Positions 44,162 to 57,181 of a stretch of DNA of 63,221 bases are shown piece by piece. The stretch is from Eledone cirrhosa (taxonomy: Eukaryota), in contig CAXHJY010000807.1 of NCBI GenBank assembly GCA_964016885.1, forward strand, positions 1 to 63,221. Reading direction: 5' to 3'. Each line of letters begins with the position of its first letter. Position 1 is the stretch's first letter. The position numbers and the translations under genes were made by a program. The notes under the pieces were generated by a model, which was given only the letters and a program-made list of their open reading frames with translations, was not told the origin of the DNA and did no database searches.

Positions 44162-44522
44162 CGAGGGTAATCCCCAAAATAAAGTCTCCAAAGCGATGGG
44201 GACGCAGAGAAACTGTTCCTACGGCTGTTGGCAACACTGTTGAGATTAGTGCTTCCTTCACTCCCAAACAAGCATGCGCGCGCTTCGCTGGGATGCTCAA
44301 TCTTGGCTTGGCAGCCGTTGAGAATGGAGCTCCCGTTGAAATCTACCGCCAAGTGCGAATTTCGCGCAGTTCTTATATAGAGGAAAACATGCATAAAGAT
44401 CAGCGGATCACTCTGGATGGTCTCTGCATTTTGGTTCCTGAGGTTTCCCGAAGCACCATCCATAGGATTTTAACGGAAAAGTTGTCATATCGGAAGGAGA
44501 CCTTACTTTGGGATTGACCTCA
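44162..44522 (+). mobile_element. Internally deleted mariner element
   Basis: TIRs cgagggtaatccccaaaataaagtctcc / ggagaccttactttgggattgacctca, TA flanks, and a transposase HTH remnant DQRITLDGL...VSRSTIHRILTEKLSYRK. Confidence 0.85.
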
Positions 44523-44546
44523 TATATATATATATATATTATTAGG

Positions 44547-44761
44547 ATCGATCGACTTTCGTCAAATCGGACCGAGGAAACAATGTTTCCGTTGGTCTTT
44601 CCAGTTGCTAGTAATATCTATCGGTCGCAACTCCAGGTAGAAGGAGCAACGTGAAATAAAGTGTCTTGCTCAAGGACATAACGCATCGCCTGGTCCAGGA
44701 ATCGAACTCACAACCTCAACATTGTGAATCCAATTCTCTAACCACTCAGCTACACGCCTTC

Positions 44762-44763
<2 letters not shown>
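44547..44763 (-). mobile_element. tRNA-derived SINE family B (CORE-like domain)
   Basis: Minus strand: tRNA head with B-box gagttcgattcc followed by tgtccttgagcaagacacttta (CORE-like). Confidence 0.9.
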
Positions 44764-44808
<45 letters not shown>

Positions 44809-46530
44809 GAGCTACTCCATTTTATTTCTATCTATATACACTTCCATGAACATAAACACATCTTTCACCGCTGCCAAATTTCGTACACATATTAAACGTA
44901 CACGTGGGTGCAGATAGGGTTTAGTTAATATATTAGTTTCACAAACATTACCTATATTGATAGTTTGGATGCATTTCGAGTGGAATATGTCTGTAATCAA
45001 TTAATTTAGACATATGCAATTAGGTGACACGCCGATTCAGCATACGAGAATTGTAACTGTATAAGTTAGACGAACGAAATACACGATCTGGTGTTCGACA
45101 GACTGAATTCTCAACGTCAAATCCGACGACGGACTATTGAAATATTTCTCCTCTCTGTCAGTGGTCTATATTAACAATCCAATTAATTATTTTAATCAGT
45201 CAAGTGAAGACGTTTGTATGTGGGATATCTGTGTGAATGTGCAAATGTTTCTGTGTGTGAGCGTAAAATATATTGTAACTTTTCCTTCTGACTCGTCATT
45301 CAGGGTTTTTCCTTCTGGTTTTTTGTAATTATTTTCTTCATCTTCTTTGAAATTCCAATCATGCTGATTCATTTCATTTCTTTCAATTATTATTTTTAAT
45401 TTTTCATCTATTTTTTACAAATATAAATGGCGAATCAATTCTAAATACCCTTCAAAAGCATTAAAGAAATATATGCATCATCCTGTACATCTGAAGAGAA
45501 ATTAGGAATATAATATTAGAATGGATTTATTTTCAAAATCTAGAAAAGGTTTAGTAAAATGAAAAATATATTTCAGAAGAAATTTAAGGAATTGAAGTGC
45601 AATTTCAATTACAAAAGTTTAGTAAAGGCATTTCTGCTTTTGTTTAGCGTCTCTTTAGAATTTCATCTTTGATTTCTTATTGCACCAATTATATTATCGT
45701 CTAATAAGATATTTGCATCCATTGTAGAGAGAAAATCTCAAACGTATTTTCATATAATAGAATTTCTTTTATAAGATACCTTAAACTAACATTGATAAAA
45801 CAGTTAAAAAATGGGAAATACGATATATGAAAAGAGTGCATGCTATTTCGTTTTACAGCTGATGTGTAGCAAAAATACTCCAGTGCCAGGGGAAAGATAT
45901 ATATCCACAGTGGCTCGCACTTAGAACATCTTGATCTTGAGTAAATCAAGCATTGCAATTTACTTTGTGGATAGTGTGTATTGAAGTGAATTTGACTGAT
46001 GATATACTTTGCACGAGGAACTACATAGCGATTCCATAATTGGATCAGATTTATGTGAGTGCTTTCAGCTGTTTACATCTCTGTAAAATCACGTACCTGC
46101 ACATATGCATCGGAATAAATTCAAACACACACGCAAACATGACCACACAACACAGACGTACATTCATACAAGAACACACCCCATACAGGTAGCGACAACA
46201 CAAAAGCAAACGAGACCAGAAAACACTCGTATACACGTAGAGGTAAGTATATATATTTACACCTCTATAGAGAAAAATATATCTTTGTAAGCACATAGAG
46301 TTAAGTAGAACAATCACTAATTCATACAGATACAACTGCACATACAGCGACATGCACGTGTCAAGACTTTCGCACATATAACTACACAAATACACTCATA
46401 ATTACCTATGTCATGAACGTGACAAATTTAGTGAAAACGTAATATATATATTATTTTCCTATAAAAGATTTTCTTTCAACCTTCCTCTTCAACAACAATA
46501 GATTGAACAACATATCTGGTAAACACACAA

Positions 46531-46570
<40 letters not shown>

Positions 46571-46913
46571 GCACACATATATTTGTATCTATATCTCTCT
46601 CTCTATATATATATATATACATATATGTGTATGTATATATATATCTATCTATATATATCTATATCTATCTCTATATATATATACACATATATATGTATAT
46701 CTATATATATATATACACATATATATGTATATCTATATATATCTATACACATATATATGTATATCTATATATATATATACACATATATATGTATATCTAT
46801 ATATATATATACACATATATATGTATATCTATATATATATACACATATATATGTATATCTATATATATATACACATATATATGTATATCTATATATATAT
46901 ACACATATATATC

Positions 46914-46945
<32 letters not shown>

Positions 46946-47463
46946 TGTGTATGTATATATATATATATCTATCTATATATATCTATATCTCTCTCTATAT
47001 ATATATATACACATATATATGTATATCTATATATATATACACATATATATGTATATCTATATATATATACACATATATATGTATATCTATATATATATAC
47101 ACATATATTTGTATATCTATATATATATACATATATTTGTATATCTATATATATATACATATATTTGTATATCTATATATATATACACATATTTGTATAT
47201 CTATATATATATACACATATATATGTATATCTATATATATATATACACATATATATGTATATCTATATATATATATACACATATATTTGTATATCTATAT
47301 ATATATACACATATATATGTATGTATATCTATATATATATATACATATATATTTGTATATATATATACACACACACACACATATATTTGTATATCTATAC
47401 ATATATATACATATAGACACAAATATGTATATCCATACATATATGAATAGATATACATACAAA

Positions 47464-47510
<47 letters not shown>
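46531..47510. repeat. AT-rich minisatellite (atacacatatatatgtatatctat-like unit)
   Basis: Read directly from the sequence. Confidence 0.95.
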
Positions 47511-47511
<1 letters not shown>

Positions 47512-47748
47512 AGAATCAAGTGAATGAAAATAATAAAACCAATAATAACAGATTGTAAACAGTAATAAAAGTATAAAGATGTAACAATGAAAATGACAAA
47601 GATGTAAAAAATAAGTACAAAATGCGGTTGCTGATAATCACACTTCGAGTGATCAGAGGCCTTTAGACTGAACCTGATCAATGAAACAATTGTTAATACT
47701 GTAAATAAAACCCTTTTTGTATAGCCGGTCATGTTATTCTTCATTCTT

Positions 47749-47797
<49 letters not shown>

Positions 47798-47977
47798 TAA
47801 TTTATCTTGACTCTGTTTTCCTGTGATTTTCATCGAACATTTTTGAATGCATCTTCTCTTTTCATGATATTTGGATTACATTGAGTTCTTCATACGGATT
47901 GGACACTACCGTATATTTTGGTAGATTTATCTACACACTCATATATATATATATATATATATATATTTTTTCTTTTA

Positions 47978-48190
47978 ATCGATCGACTTTCGTCAAATCG
48001 GACCGAGGAAACAATGTTTCCGTTGGTCTTTCCAGTTGCTAGTACTATCTATCGGTCGCAACTCCAGGTAGAAGGAGCAACGTGAAATAAAGTCTTGCTC
48101 AAGGACATAACGCATCGCCCGGTCCAGGAATCGAACTCACAACCTCAAGATTGTGAATCCAATTCTCTAACCATTCAGCCACACGCCTTC

Positions 48191-48192
<2 letters not shown>
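47978..48192 (-). mobile_element. SINE family B
   Basis: Near-identical to 44547-44763. Confidence 0.9.
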
Positions 48193-48228
<36 letters not shown>

Positions 48229-49812
48229 GAAGAAACAGGGGCTGTGTAGTTGCTGGATAAGGTGTACGTATAAGAGCAAAGTCCGAATGGGAGAACATTT
48301 TCCTTCATCAGTTGTCTGCTGGGGATCATGGATATTTCTAGGCATTAAAAACAAGATATTGAGGGGAAAAGGGAGAGAAAATATATAACAGAAGGGAAAA
48401 GGGAAGAAAAAGGAAAAAAAAACAGCGAAAAAAAAAACGGGAAACAACAAACCGAAGAGAGAAACCCGAAGTACATATGTGTGAGTAACTCGAAGAGAGA
48501 GAATATATATTAACGTCAACATCGACTACAGAACTCATGTGCGAGGCTGTGTGGACGAGAAAGAACACGTCTGACCTCCGCAAGAATGAGAAAGAGACAG
48601 CGAGAGGAACAGGCGAGGGAAACAGCGAGGTGGCTAACAGAGGGAGAGGGAAAGTGAGAGGGAGAGAAAGAAGGGGGAAGAGTTGATAGCAATATATGTG
48701 TGTGTGTGTAATTTGTAAAGTATGTTAATAACTGTCGACATTATTTTATGCAGGTTAAAGCAATCTACGATGTACACAATTGGATTTATTTACTCCGGAG
48801 TATAAGAGAAATCCTGAAGTACATACAAGTCAACAGGTTAGAATTTACTTTATCTATTCATAATCGATATTATGACCTCACCAGACAGCTAAGAATCCCA
48901 GAAAAATATGAATAGGAAATAAAACTTACACCAGTTTCTATTCATTGATATGTCCCTGCTGATATTTGGTTTTGCTTTCTCAAAATACCGGTGACACACA
49001 CGCGCATATAAATTTAATGTTTTGTATTGTCTCTTACTCCACTGGACGGCGCTTTGTCTTCAGTCGGACGCCGTGTCCACGTGTGGACCAAATGTGCTCT
49101 TGGTAGAGGGCCAAAACTGCCAACCTCCATCTAACCGGCCGATGACGTTGGAGTAGTTTGCTTTTGCTTGTAGTTTTATTTAAAAAAAATAACTTTTGAA
49201 GGTCTCTCCTTAAAAAAAAATTATTTTTCGTTTTGATTGTGCCTTGTTTGCGTTGTAATTTTCCAACGTTTATCATGTACATATGTGTATACACACACAC
49301 ACACATATATATATGTATATATATATGTCTCCTTCTCAACAAGGAAGAAAAAAAACTTACCTCTTAATTTTAAATATTAAATTTTTAGTTTTAATTTTTA
49401 TTCTTTTTAATTGTAATATTCAACATTTGATAAGATCGATTACACTGCTACACCGAAACCGATAATACTTTATATACATTATAACACTCTTCTTATAAAA
49501 GAATTGTCCCTCTCATGTTGTCAATAATGTCACTTTGACGAATCAAAGAAAGGACAAGAAAGAAAAGCAGACCCTAAAATATATTTTCCGTGCTATTTCC
49601 AATTTCACCATTTCTCTATAACCAATGTTTTCTGTAGAACCTTACTTCTTTTCATAATTATACACTTTTCATAGTTATATACACTAAAGGGAAGATCGCA
49701 GCAAAGTACTTAAAATAATGAAAAATTATAATCATCTCAAAATAGTTCCATATTTGTATTTATCCCTGAATGATGTTCTTAGCGATATTATATATACTTG
49801 GCTACGAGCCTG

Positions 49813-49897
49813 TTTCATCCTTACGGGGGTCGATAAAATAAAGTACCAGTAATGCACTGGCTAATTGCTGGCCTAGTGCCAACAGTAGAAACAATTA
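49813..49897 (+). mobile_element. SINE family A, 3' fragment
   Basis: tttcatccttacgggggtcgataaaataaagtaccag...gtagaaacaatta. Confidence 0.8.
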
Positions 49898-50738
49898 TAT
49901 ATACACTCAAGCATACTTATACATTTTTAATCACGTGTTATATATAAATTATAGACATTACTCAACAGCTGAAATTTTACATGAAAGTGTGGCTTTTTTA
50001 ATCAATTTAAAAAGTTAATCAATTTGTCGTTACACGTACATGATAAATTGCAGATGTTACACAGCAACATAAGACAATTGAACATCATTTGTGGTTTATG
50101 TTGAATGTAAGTATGAAAGAAATAAGAAATTTATAACGTATGGATGTACCTATCATTTCACTTCTTTAACTCGCCGAACGAATTTAATACAAATATATGC
50201 GAATATATACATTACACATGAATATACATGCACATTTTTATATACACATATATGCGTATACGCATATATATATATATATATATAAATATATATGATATGA
50301 TATGATTCCAGTTCCTCAGTGAAATAACAACCCAACCAGGAACTGGGCATATCAGAGTATTGACAATATTATACACCTCAACAACATATGTACTTGTCTA
50401 TACCATACTCATTCAAACTGCCTGAAAAGGTCACAGCCAAAGGTGGCTGTCACTGAAATATATATAGCAGTAATAAATGAAGCTAAATTTTAAACATTTG
50501 ACTTTTTATTTAACTTTATTTAACTTTATTTTATATAAATATATATATATATGCATACACATATATAGATGGATGAATGGATGGGTGTGTGTATGTATAT
50601 ATATATATATAAATGTATGAATGTGTATATATATATATATGTGTATGTGTATGTATGTGTATGTATTTATGTGTGTATGTATGTATGTATGTGTATGTAT
50701 ATGTGTGTGAGACAGGATATTTAGTAACAATCAACAAA

Positions 50739-50803
50739 TAATTGTTTCTACTTTTGGCACAAGGCCAGCAATTATTCCAGTGTATTACTGGTACTTTATT
50801 TTA
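50739..50803 (-). mobile_element. SINE family A, 3' fragment
   Basis: Reverse-complement match to the family tail. Confidence 0.75.
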
Positions 50804-52561
50804 TTTCCCCACCAGCGATAGAAATATAATTTAAAAGGACTTTATAATGTATATATAATCACTTGGTGTTACAAACGATTGTATTTTAAAAACACGATCA
50901 TACACTCACGGACGCTCACACACTGACACACGCATGCACGTACGCACACGCTTGCACGTACGCACACGCACACGCACATGTGTGTGTGTGTAAGCTTATG
51001 TCTAGTCCATTCTATATTAATAATTGTAACGTGTAAATTAGGATTATTTCTCGCAATCCATACGTATATGTACATATATTTTTTTTGTTATATATATCCC
51101 ATATCTTTTCCCTAATAAAACAGATCGATTATCTAATACACTCTAACTGAAATCGACCTATAATTTTTTTCCGCATATTTCTTATTGGAATTGTTTACAT
51201 ATTTTTACGTAGACACTGTTATCTAAAGTATATTGGATTGCGGATTCTGGCAAAATGCGTGGCCACCTAGTTTCTTTCTCGTCAAATAAATCTTGATTTT
51301 ATTGTACTTACGATCTCTATACCGATGTAAAGTTGATTTCACCCATGGGTATAGCGTATCTTCTAAAGTAAACCTTGAAAAATCTATACAGATAACCAAA
51401 GAGAAAACAAGCGACCTTCTGGGAATGCTATCTTCAATGAAACTGTGTGAAAATCACTTCAGTTTAACTTTACATTGTAGTTTTCTTCAGTTAATGAATA
51501 ATTTTATGGGCTAACAAAATTGACGAACATTTTATTATATACATATACAGATTTAGGGGCGAATGCATCATGCAATCTAGGAAACTAGTCATTCGTTTCA
51601 AAACATGTATGTCTTTAAACCACACTGTATGTAAGATGTCCAGTGACTCGTAATGTTGTATGAAAGCAAGTAAGAAAAGGAACTATATAGAATATTCAAC
51701 ACTGCATAATAACTTATTGCTGCATAACATCTTTGGAAATTTAGATAATACTAGCCCTGCCGCTTTTCACAGAATTGTTTCTATCTGATTTAAAAAGAAT
51801 ACGTAGTTTATCACAGCTATTATAAAACCTAACGTCATGCAGCCTTCTTAATTTATAACAATGAGGTTACTGAGCATACATGACATAACATATTACTTCC
51901 TGAATATTTCTACAATACTTTACATTATTTTACCTAATTACAATGATCTTTATTACGACTAATCAGAGCAGGGAATCATTATCTTTTCAATTAAATACAG
52001 ACCAAATGGCAAAATCGTAATGGCGTCGTATGCTATGCTTCGCCAAATGTTCCGTCTCATTGCAATATGTGTTCAAGTCCAGCCGATATCTCGTTTATCT
52101 TTCCTCCCTTCCAATTCCATAAATATAATATTAATCCAGTGGGTGGAAATTTAGGGAATTGTTAAAGGGTCGGACGGGGTTATTAGGGGTATCTGATATG
52201 ATATAAGGCATTTTGGAATCAATTACAACCTCCTTCTGCTAGAGATATAACTGGAAATTAGTATCTCTCAGGCATGGAATGAGCAACAGAAATATAGTTC
52301 CGAATATATTATTGGTTCGTTTCTTAGATATTTTGTTATAGTTTTATTACACAAGTAATTTAGAAATATATAATATAGTGTGTGGTATTGAAACTATGTA
52401 TATTTATATGTTCAAAAATATAGAAACCTTGGAATTCTTTGTACAGTTAACGAATTGTGACACTTAAATATCCCGTATTTTAAAATAAATTTTCTAAGAA
52501 ATAAGCAGGTAGCCCACCAAACAAGGCTATATTGCTTATATATATATATATATATATATAA

Positions 52562-52615
<54 letters not shown>

Positions 52616-53480
52616 CGTATAAAATGTAAACAGACAACGGTACAGTTTATGAAAAGAATATATTAGTTTAATGCTTGAAATAGCAGGAAGAGCGTCTTAA
52701 AGTTTCGGATACTAGTCCTTCATCAAAAGAAAGAATGAGGAATTAGAACGATTGCGGGGAAGGGCGAGACGGAATCGGAACAGAATTTTTTTGAAAAAAG
52801 TAACAGGCCCATTCTTGACGCAGTCTTTTGGAAAACTGATGAATTTTATGAATGATATAGATTTTCAGAAAAGTGGATCATGTAGCGTGTCTATCTAAAT
52901 GGGAAAAACACTTTTTATATATAGAGCTATACATGGGTGTGTATGGATGTATGGATGTATGTATGTATGGATGTATGGATGTTTCTGTTATACGTCCGTA
53001 CGAAGCTAAGAGGATATGTTTGTATATGTAAGTAAAAGAATGTGTCTGCTTGTGAGCAAGACTGGTAATATAAGACAGTGTGCGTGCGTGTATGTATGTA
53101 TGTGTGTGCGTATATAGAGCTGGGAAGGGAAAAGTAGATGTGTATGTGCATATTCTGTTGGTGTGTATCAGCTATAAGTATGTTTCTGACCATAAGAGAG
53201 CCATAGGGTCCTCGCGCTGAATGTACGAGCCTGCCTGTGAGAACGGGAGGGTAAACGTGACGGTGGCAAGGAGTAGAGAAGTAAGTACGATAGTATATGT
53301 GTAGTATTAAAGAAATTGGAGGGGCGGGGGTAATACTTGAGTCCATGGGGAGCGGGAAAACAGGAAAGTGCCACATGCATTTTATACTCCATTCCTCGCA
53401 TCCGTCTCAAAGCAAAACAAAAGATGAACGACTATATATGACCAGATGCTATTTACACATAACCATCTACTACTTGTCAT

Positions 53481-53930
53481 GAGAGTGCAAAACTCTTAAT
53501 GAGAGTGCAAAACTCTTAATGAGAGTGCAAAACTCTTAATGAGAGTGCAAAACTCTTAATGAGAGTGCAAAACTCTTAATGAGAGTGCAACACTCTTAAT
53601 GAGAGTGCAAAACCTATCCTGGAAACGACATCCCACCTTGTCTAAAATCTATGGCAAACTCCCTCGAGCCTCTGCCCTTCTAAAATCCCGGAGAGCTTAA
53701 TTTGCTGGCCACTGTCACCGTGCCAGCAATGAAATCATATCCGCTTTCTTGCTCTGGAACCCTGACTCCAGCCTGACTAGCAGTGGAAAGCTGTCATTCC
53801 CTGACGTTATCTCTAGGGATACGGGAATCAGTAGACAGGACCTGGGGGCAGCGATGAGGGACAGGGAATTCTGGGGCATGAGAGTGAAATCCATCATCTC
53901 GACAGTAGTCGACGAGTGATGATGATGATG
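53481..53930 (+). mobile_element. RTE/RTE-X-like LINE 3' fragment with (TGA)n tail, 12-bp TSD and a 6 x 20-bp tandem at its 5' junction
   Basis: RVQNLSWKRHPT..IYGKLP..FAGHCHR..LLW..RDTG..AMRDREFW; TSD actacttgtcat at 53469-53480 and 53931-53942. Confidence 0.85.
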
Positions 53931-54544
53931 ACTACTTGTCATAGTAATTACTTTTTACTTGAATGTCTTTTAAATATTCACCTTATGCGCTGTTTTACTT
54001 ACTTATCGATTCTAAATTCCACAAACACAATTTTAGATTAATTTTTGTTTTAAGATTCAACAAAGGTTAAATTAAATACGTGAGATTTTTTTCTCAACTC
54101 AAATAGGGTTGAATCTCATAACCGGCAAAATGTGTAAGGATCGAATTATGATGTTTGCTTTCACTGGACAGGAAACATTAACTACTGCGATTACTTCTGT
54201 TTATTTTGCATGACCTTCTATTCGTTAATATTTCCCAATTACGAAATATAAAAACGCGAAAAGACAAAACATATTTTCATTCTGCAAGGACAATCTGAAT
54301 TTAATTGAATGTTTTGGTCACTAAATTTCATATATGAAATGTATACCTCTGCCAATATATTGAACGGTTGAAAATATATAGTATTTTCTTAAGTAAACAT
54401 TTGTATGTGTGTGTGTGTGTGTGTATCCAGGGAGTGTAACATGAAGTTAATGTAGCTTCAGTCATGTGAGCACTCGATGTTTAGGTTCACGTCAGAGGCG
54501 AGGTGTAGAGCTAGACAATGTAATATTATATATATATCGACAGG

Positions 54545-54757
54545 CGATCGACTTTTTTTCAAATCGGACCGAGGAAACAGTGTTTACATTGGTCTTTCCA
54601 ATTGCTAATACTATCTATCGGTCGCAACTCCAGGTAGAAGGAGCAACGTGAAATAAAGTGTCTTGCCCAAGGACATAACGCATCGCTTGGTCCGGGAATC
54701 GAACTCACAACCTCACGATTGCGAATCTAATTCTCTAACCACTCAGCCACGCGCCTC

Positions 54758-54760
<3 letters not shown>
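54545..54760 (-). mobile_element. SINE family B
   Basis: Matches the other family B copies. Confidence 0.9.
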
Positions 54761-54810
<50 letters not shown>

Positions 54811-54814
<4 letters not shown>

Positions 54815-54988
54815 CTTTCTACTTTAGGCACAAGGTCAGCAATTACCCAGTGCATTACTGGTACTTTATTTTATCGACCCCGTAAGGATGAAAGGCAAAG
54901 TCAACCTCGGTGGGATTTGAACTCAGATCGTAAAGGGACGTAACTATGCTGGAAAGCATGGCCTCCGACCCTCTACCGATACTGCCAA
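54811..54988 (-). mobile_element. SINE family A
   Basis: Near full-length reverse-complement copy. Confidence 0.9.
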
Positions 54989-55184
54989 ATATAATATTAA
55001 TTCAAAATATTAACAAAATATATATTCTTGTGATCAATTATATTTTATTATACATATTTAAGAGGTAATGAGTTAAGTTCAACAGTACGTCCTCATCAGA
55101 TAAAATAAAATGATACATGACATACCCTGACATGGTAGATGGTTAAGATTCCATCAAGCTATATAAGATTCAATCTATATATAT

Positions 55185-55220
<36 letters not shown>

Positions 55221-55226
55221 CATTTA

Positions 55227-55443
55227 GTGAAGGCGTGTGGCTGAGTGGTTAGAGAATTGGATTCGCAATCGTAAGGTTGTGAGTTCGATTCCTGGACCAG
55301 GCGATACGTTGTGTCCTTGAGCAAGACACTTTATTTCACGTTGCTTCTTCTACCTGGAGTTGCGACCGATAGATAGTATTAGCAATTGGAAAGACCAATG
55401 GAAACATTGTTTCCTCGGTCCGATTTGACGAAAGTCGATCGAT
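55227..55443 (+). mobile_element. SINE family B
   Basis: gtgaaggcgtgtggctgagtggttag (A box), gagttcgattcc (B box), CORE-like domain. Confidence 0.92.
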
Positions 55444-55825
55444 TGGAAATATATACAAACACAGCCACTTCACTTCCTATTGACTAAATTGTGTACTCTG
55501 AACAAGATGCTGATTGGCTACTGCAATCATCTTGATTCCTGCAATGGGTGAGTCATGCCTGGAGATCGATGAATATCAACAATTTTCGTAAACCTAGTGT
55601 GTGTGTGTGTGTGTGTGTCTGTGTGTGTGTGTGTGTGTGTATATGTATATATATAAATATATATATATATGTACATACAGATATGTATACAAACGTACAG
55701 TAGTATGTATATATATATATACGGCCGATTAACTCACTCGATATGCAAATTAGGCTACTCAGCCGTTAATATGCATAAAGAAAGTATATACTTTCAGACG
55801 TTCAATCATCTGGCAGGAAGGTATA

Positions 55826-55866
55826 CGGTGCTGACGATAGCTAATAAGCTTGAAACTAGTACATCG
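55826..55866 (+). ncRNA. Type I minimal hammerhead ribozyme 1
   Basis: cggtg-CTGACGA-t agct aata agct t-GAAAC-ta-GTA|catcg. Confidence 0.85.
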
Positions 55867-55874
55867 GACAGTAG

Positions 55875-55911
<37 letters not shown>

Positions 55912-56014
55912 GGCCGATTAACTCACTCGATATGCAAATTAGGCTACTCAGCCGTTAATATGCATAAAGAAAGTATATACTTTCAGACGTTCAATCATCT
56001 GGCAGGAAGGTATA

Positions 56015-56055
56015 CGGTGCTGACGATAGCTAATAAGCTTGAAACTAGTACATCG
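56015..56055 (+). ncRNA. Type I minimal hammerhead ribozyme 2
   Basis: Identical to copy 1. Confidence 0.85.
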
Positions 56056-56063
56056 GACAGTAG

Positions 56064-56104
<41 letters not shown>

Positions 56105-56206
56105 GGCCGATTAACTCACTCGATATGCAAATTAGGCTACTCAGCCGTTAATATGCATAAAGAAAGTATATACTTTCAGGCGTTCAATCATCTGGCAGGA
56201 AGGTAT

Positions 56207-56249
56207 ACGGTGCTGACGATAGCTAATAAGCTTGAAACTAGTACATCGT
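56207..56249 (+). ncRNA. Type I minimal hammerhead ribozyme 3
   Basis: acggtg-CTGACGA-...-GAAAC-ta-GTA|catcgt with a 6-bp stem I. Confidence 0.85.
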
Positions 56250-56486
56250 TCCTTTGTCAGTGTTGAACAAAAGGGCAACGATGGTTGCTAAACACTGTAC
56301 GGCTTAATTCGGGATGTTGGTTTACAAACAAACCGAACATTATAATAAATGTTCGGTAAATCCATACGTACATATATATGTGTGGATGTATGTATATACT
56401 ATAAATGTATGTACGTGTACATACTTATATTTAAGTAACAGCCATACTAAGAGTGAAAAATGAAATTTTGTTTCATTTTTTCCATT

Positions 56487-56526
<40 letters not shown>

Positions 56527-56707
56527 TAATATACATATTGTATTAATATATATATTAACACTGCTCCCCAAAAGCATCGAGTGCGCACCCGGCATACCGC
56601 CTACGGATGCAAGTAACTTGCACCTTAAAACACGCAGACACGCGCGCACACGCACACACATATATATATATATATGTATATACATATCTACACACACACA
56701 CACACAT

Positions 56708-56739
<32 letters not shown>

Positions 56740-57134
56740 ATATATGTATTTATATATATGTGTGTGTATATATATATATATATGTATATATATATGTATA
56801 TATATGTATATATATATGTATATATATGTATATATATATGTATATATATATGTATATATATATGTATATATATATGTATATATATGTATATATATATGTA
56901 TATATATATGTATATATATATGTATATATAGTATTAGTTATACTATTTATGGTTATGTAAACACAAAACCTTAAGCAGTTGTAAGTATTTTACACACACC
57001 CTAAATAGTGGTAGGCAGTAATGTATTACTACCTTATTACCAGTAAGTTAAGTAGCTCAATGTAAAAACATCAGATGATTTACAGAGCAGTTATATGAAA
57101 TATAAGAATCAAAGAACTGTTCAAAACATTATTG

Positions 57135-57181
57135 TGCTTACAGCTGTTTCCTCCAAACCGTGGTTTGGATTCTTCGGAGCA
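57135..57181 (-). ncRNA. pLTR hammerhead with variant core CCGAAGA
   Basis: Minus strand tgct-CCGAAGA-a tccaaacc ac ggtttgga g-GAAAC-agct-GTA|agca. Confidence 0.75.

Larger units (their letters stand above)
55697..56490 (+). mobile_element. Retrozyme-like tandem trimer (189 and 193 nt cleavage-to-cleavage) with one hammerhead per unit
   Basis: Three near-identical units: acagtagtatg(TA)n-cggccgattaactcactcg...HHR. Confidence 0.8.

Noticed and set aside
48290-48330. Hammerhead on the minus strand (ctgatgaagg), also at 55080-55100 and 49050-49070
   Set aside because: No properly placed GAAA-NUH half or stem I could be built.
48754-48836. Possible coding exon VKAIYDVHNWIYLLRSIREILKYIQVN
   Set aside because: Splice-like ends but no recognisable homology or partner exons.
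55227-55300. tRNA gene
   Set aside because: The tRNA-like head continues into a CORE-like SINE body and occurs in four copies; it is a SINE.
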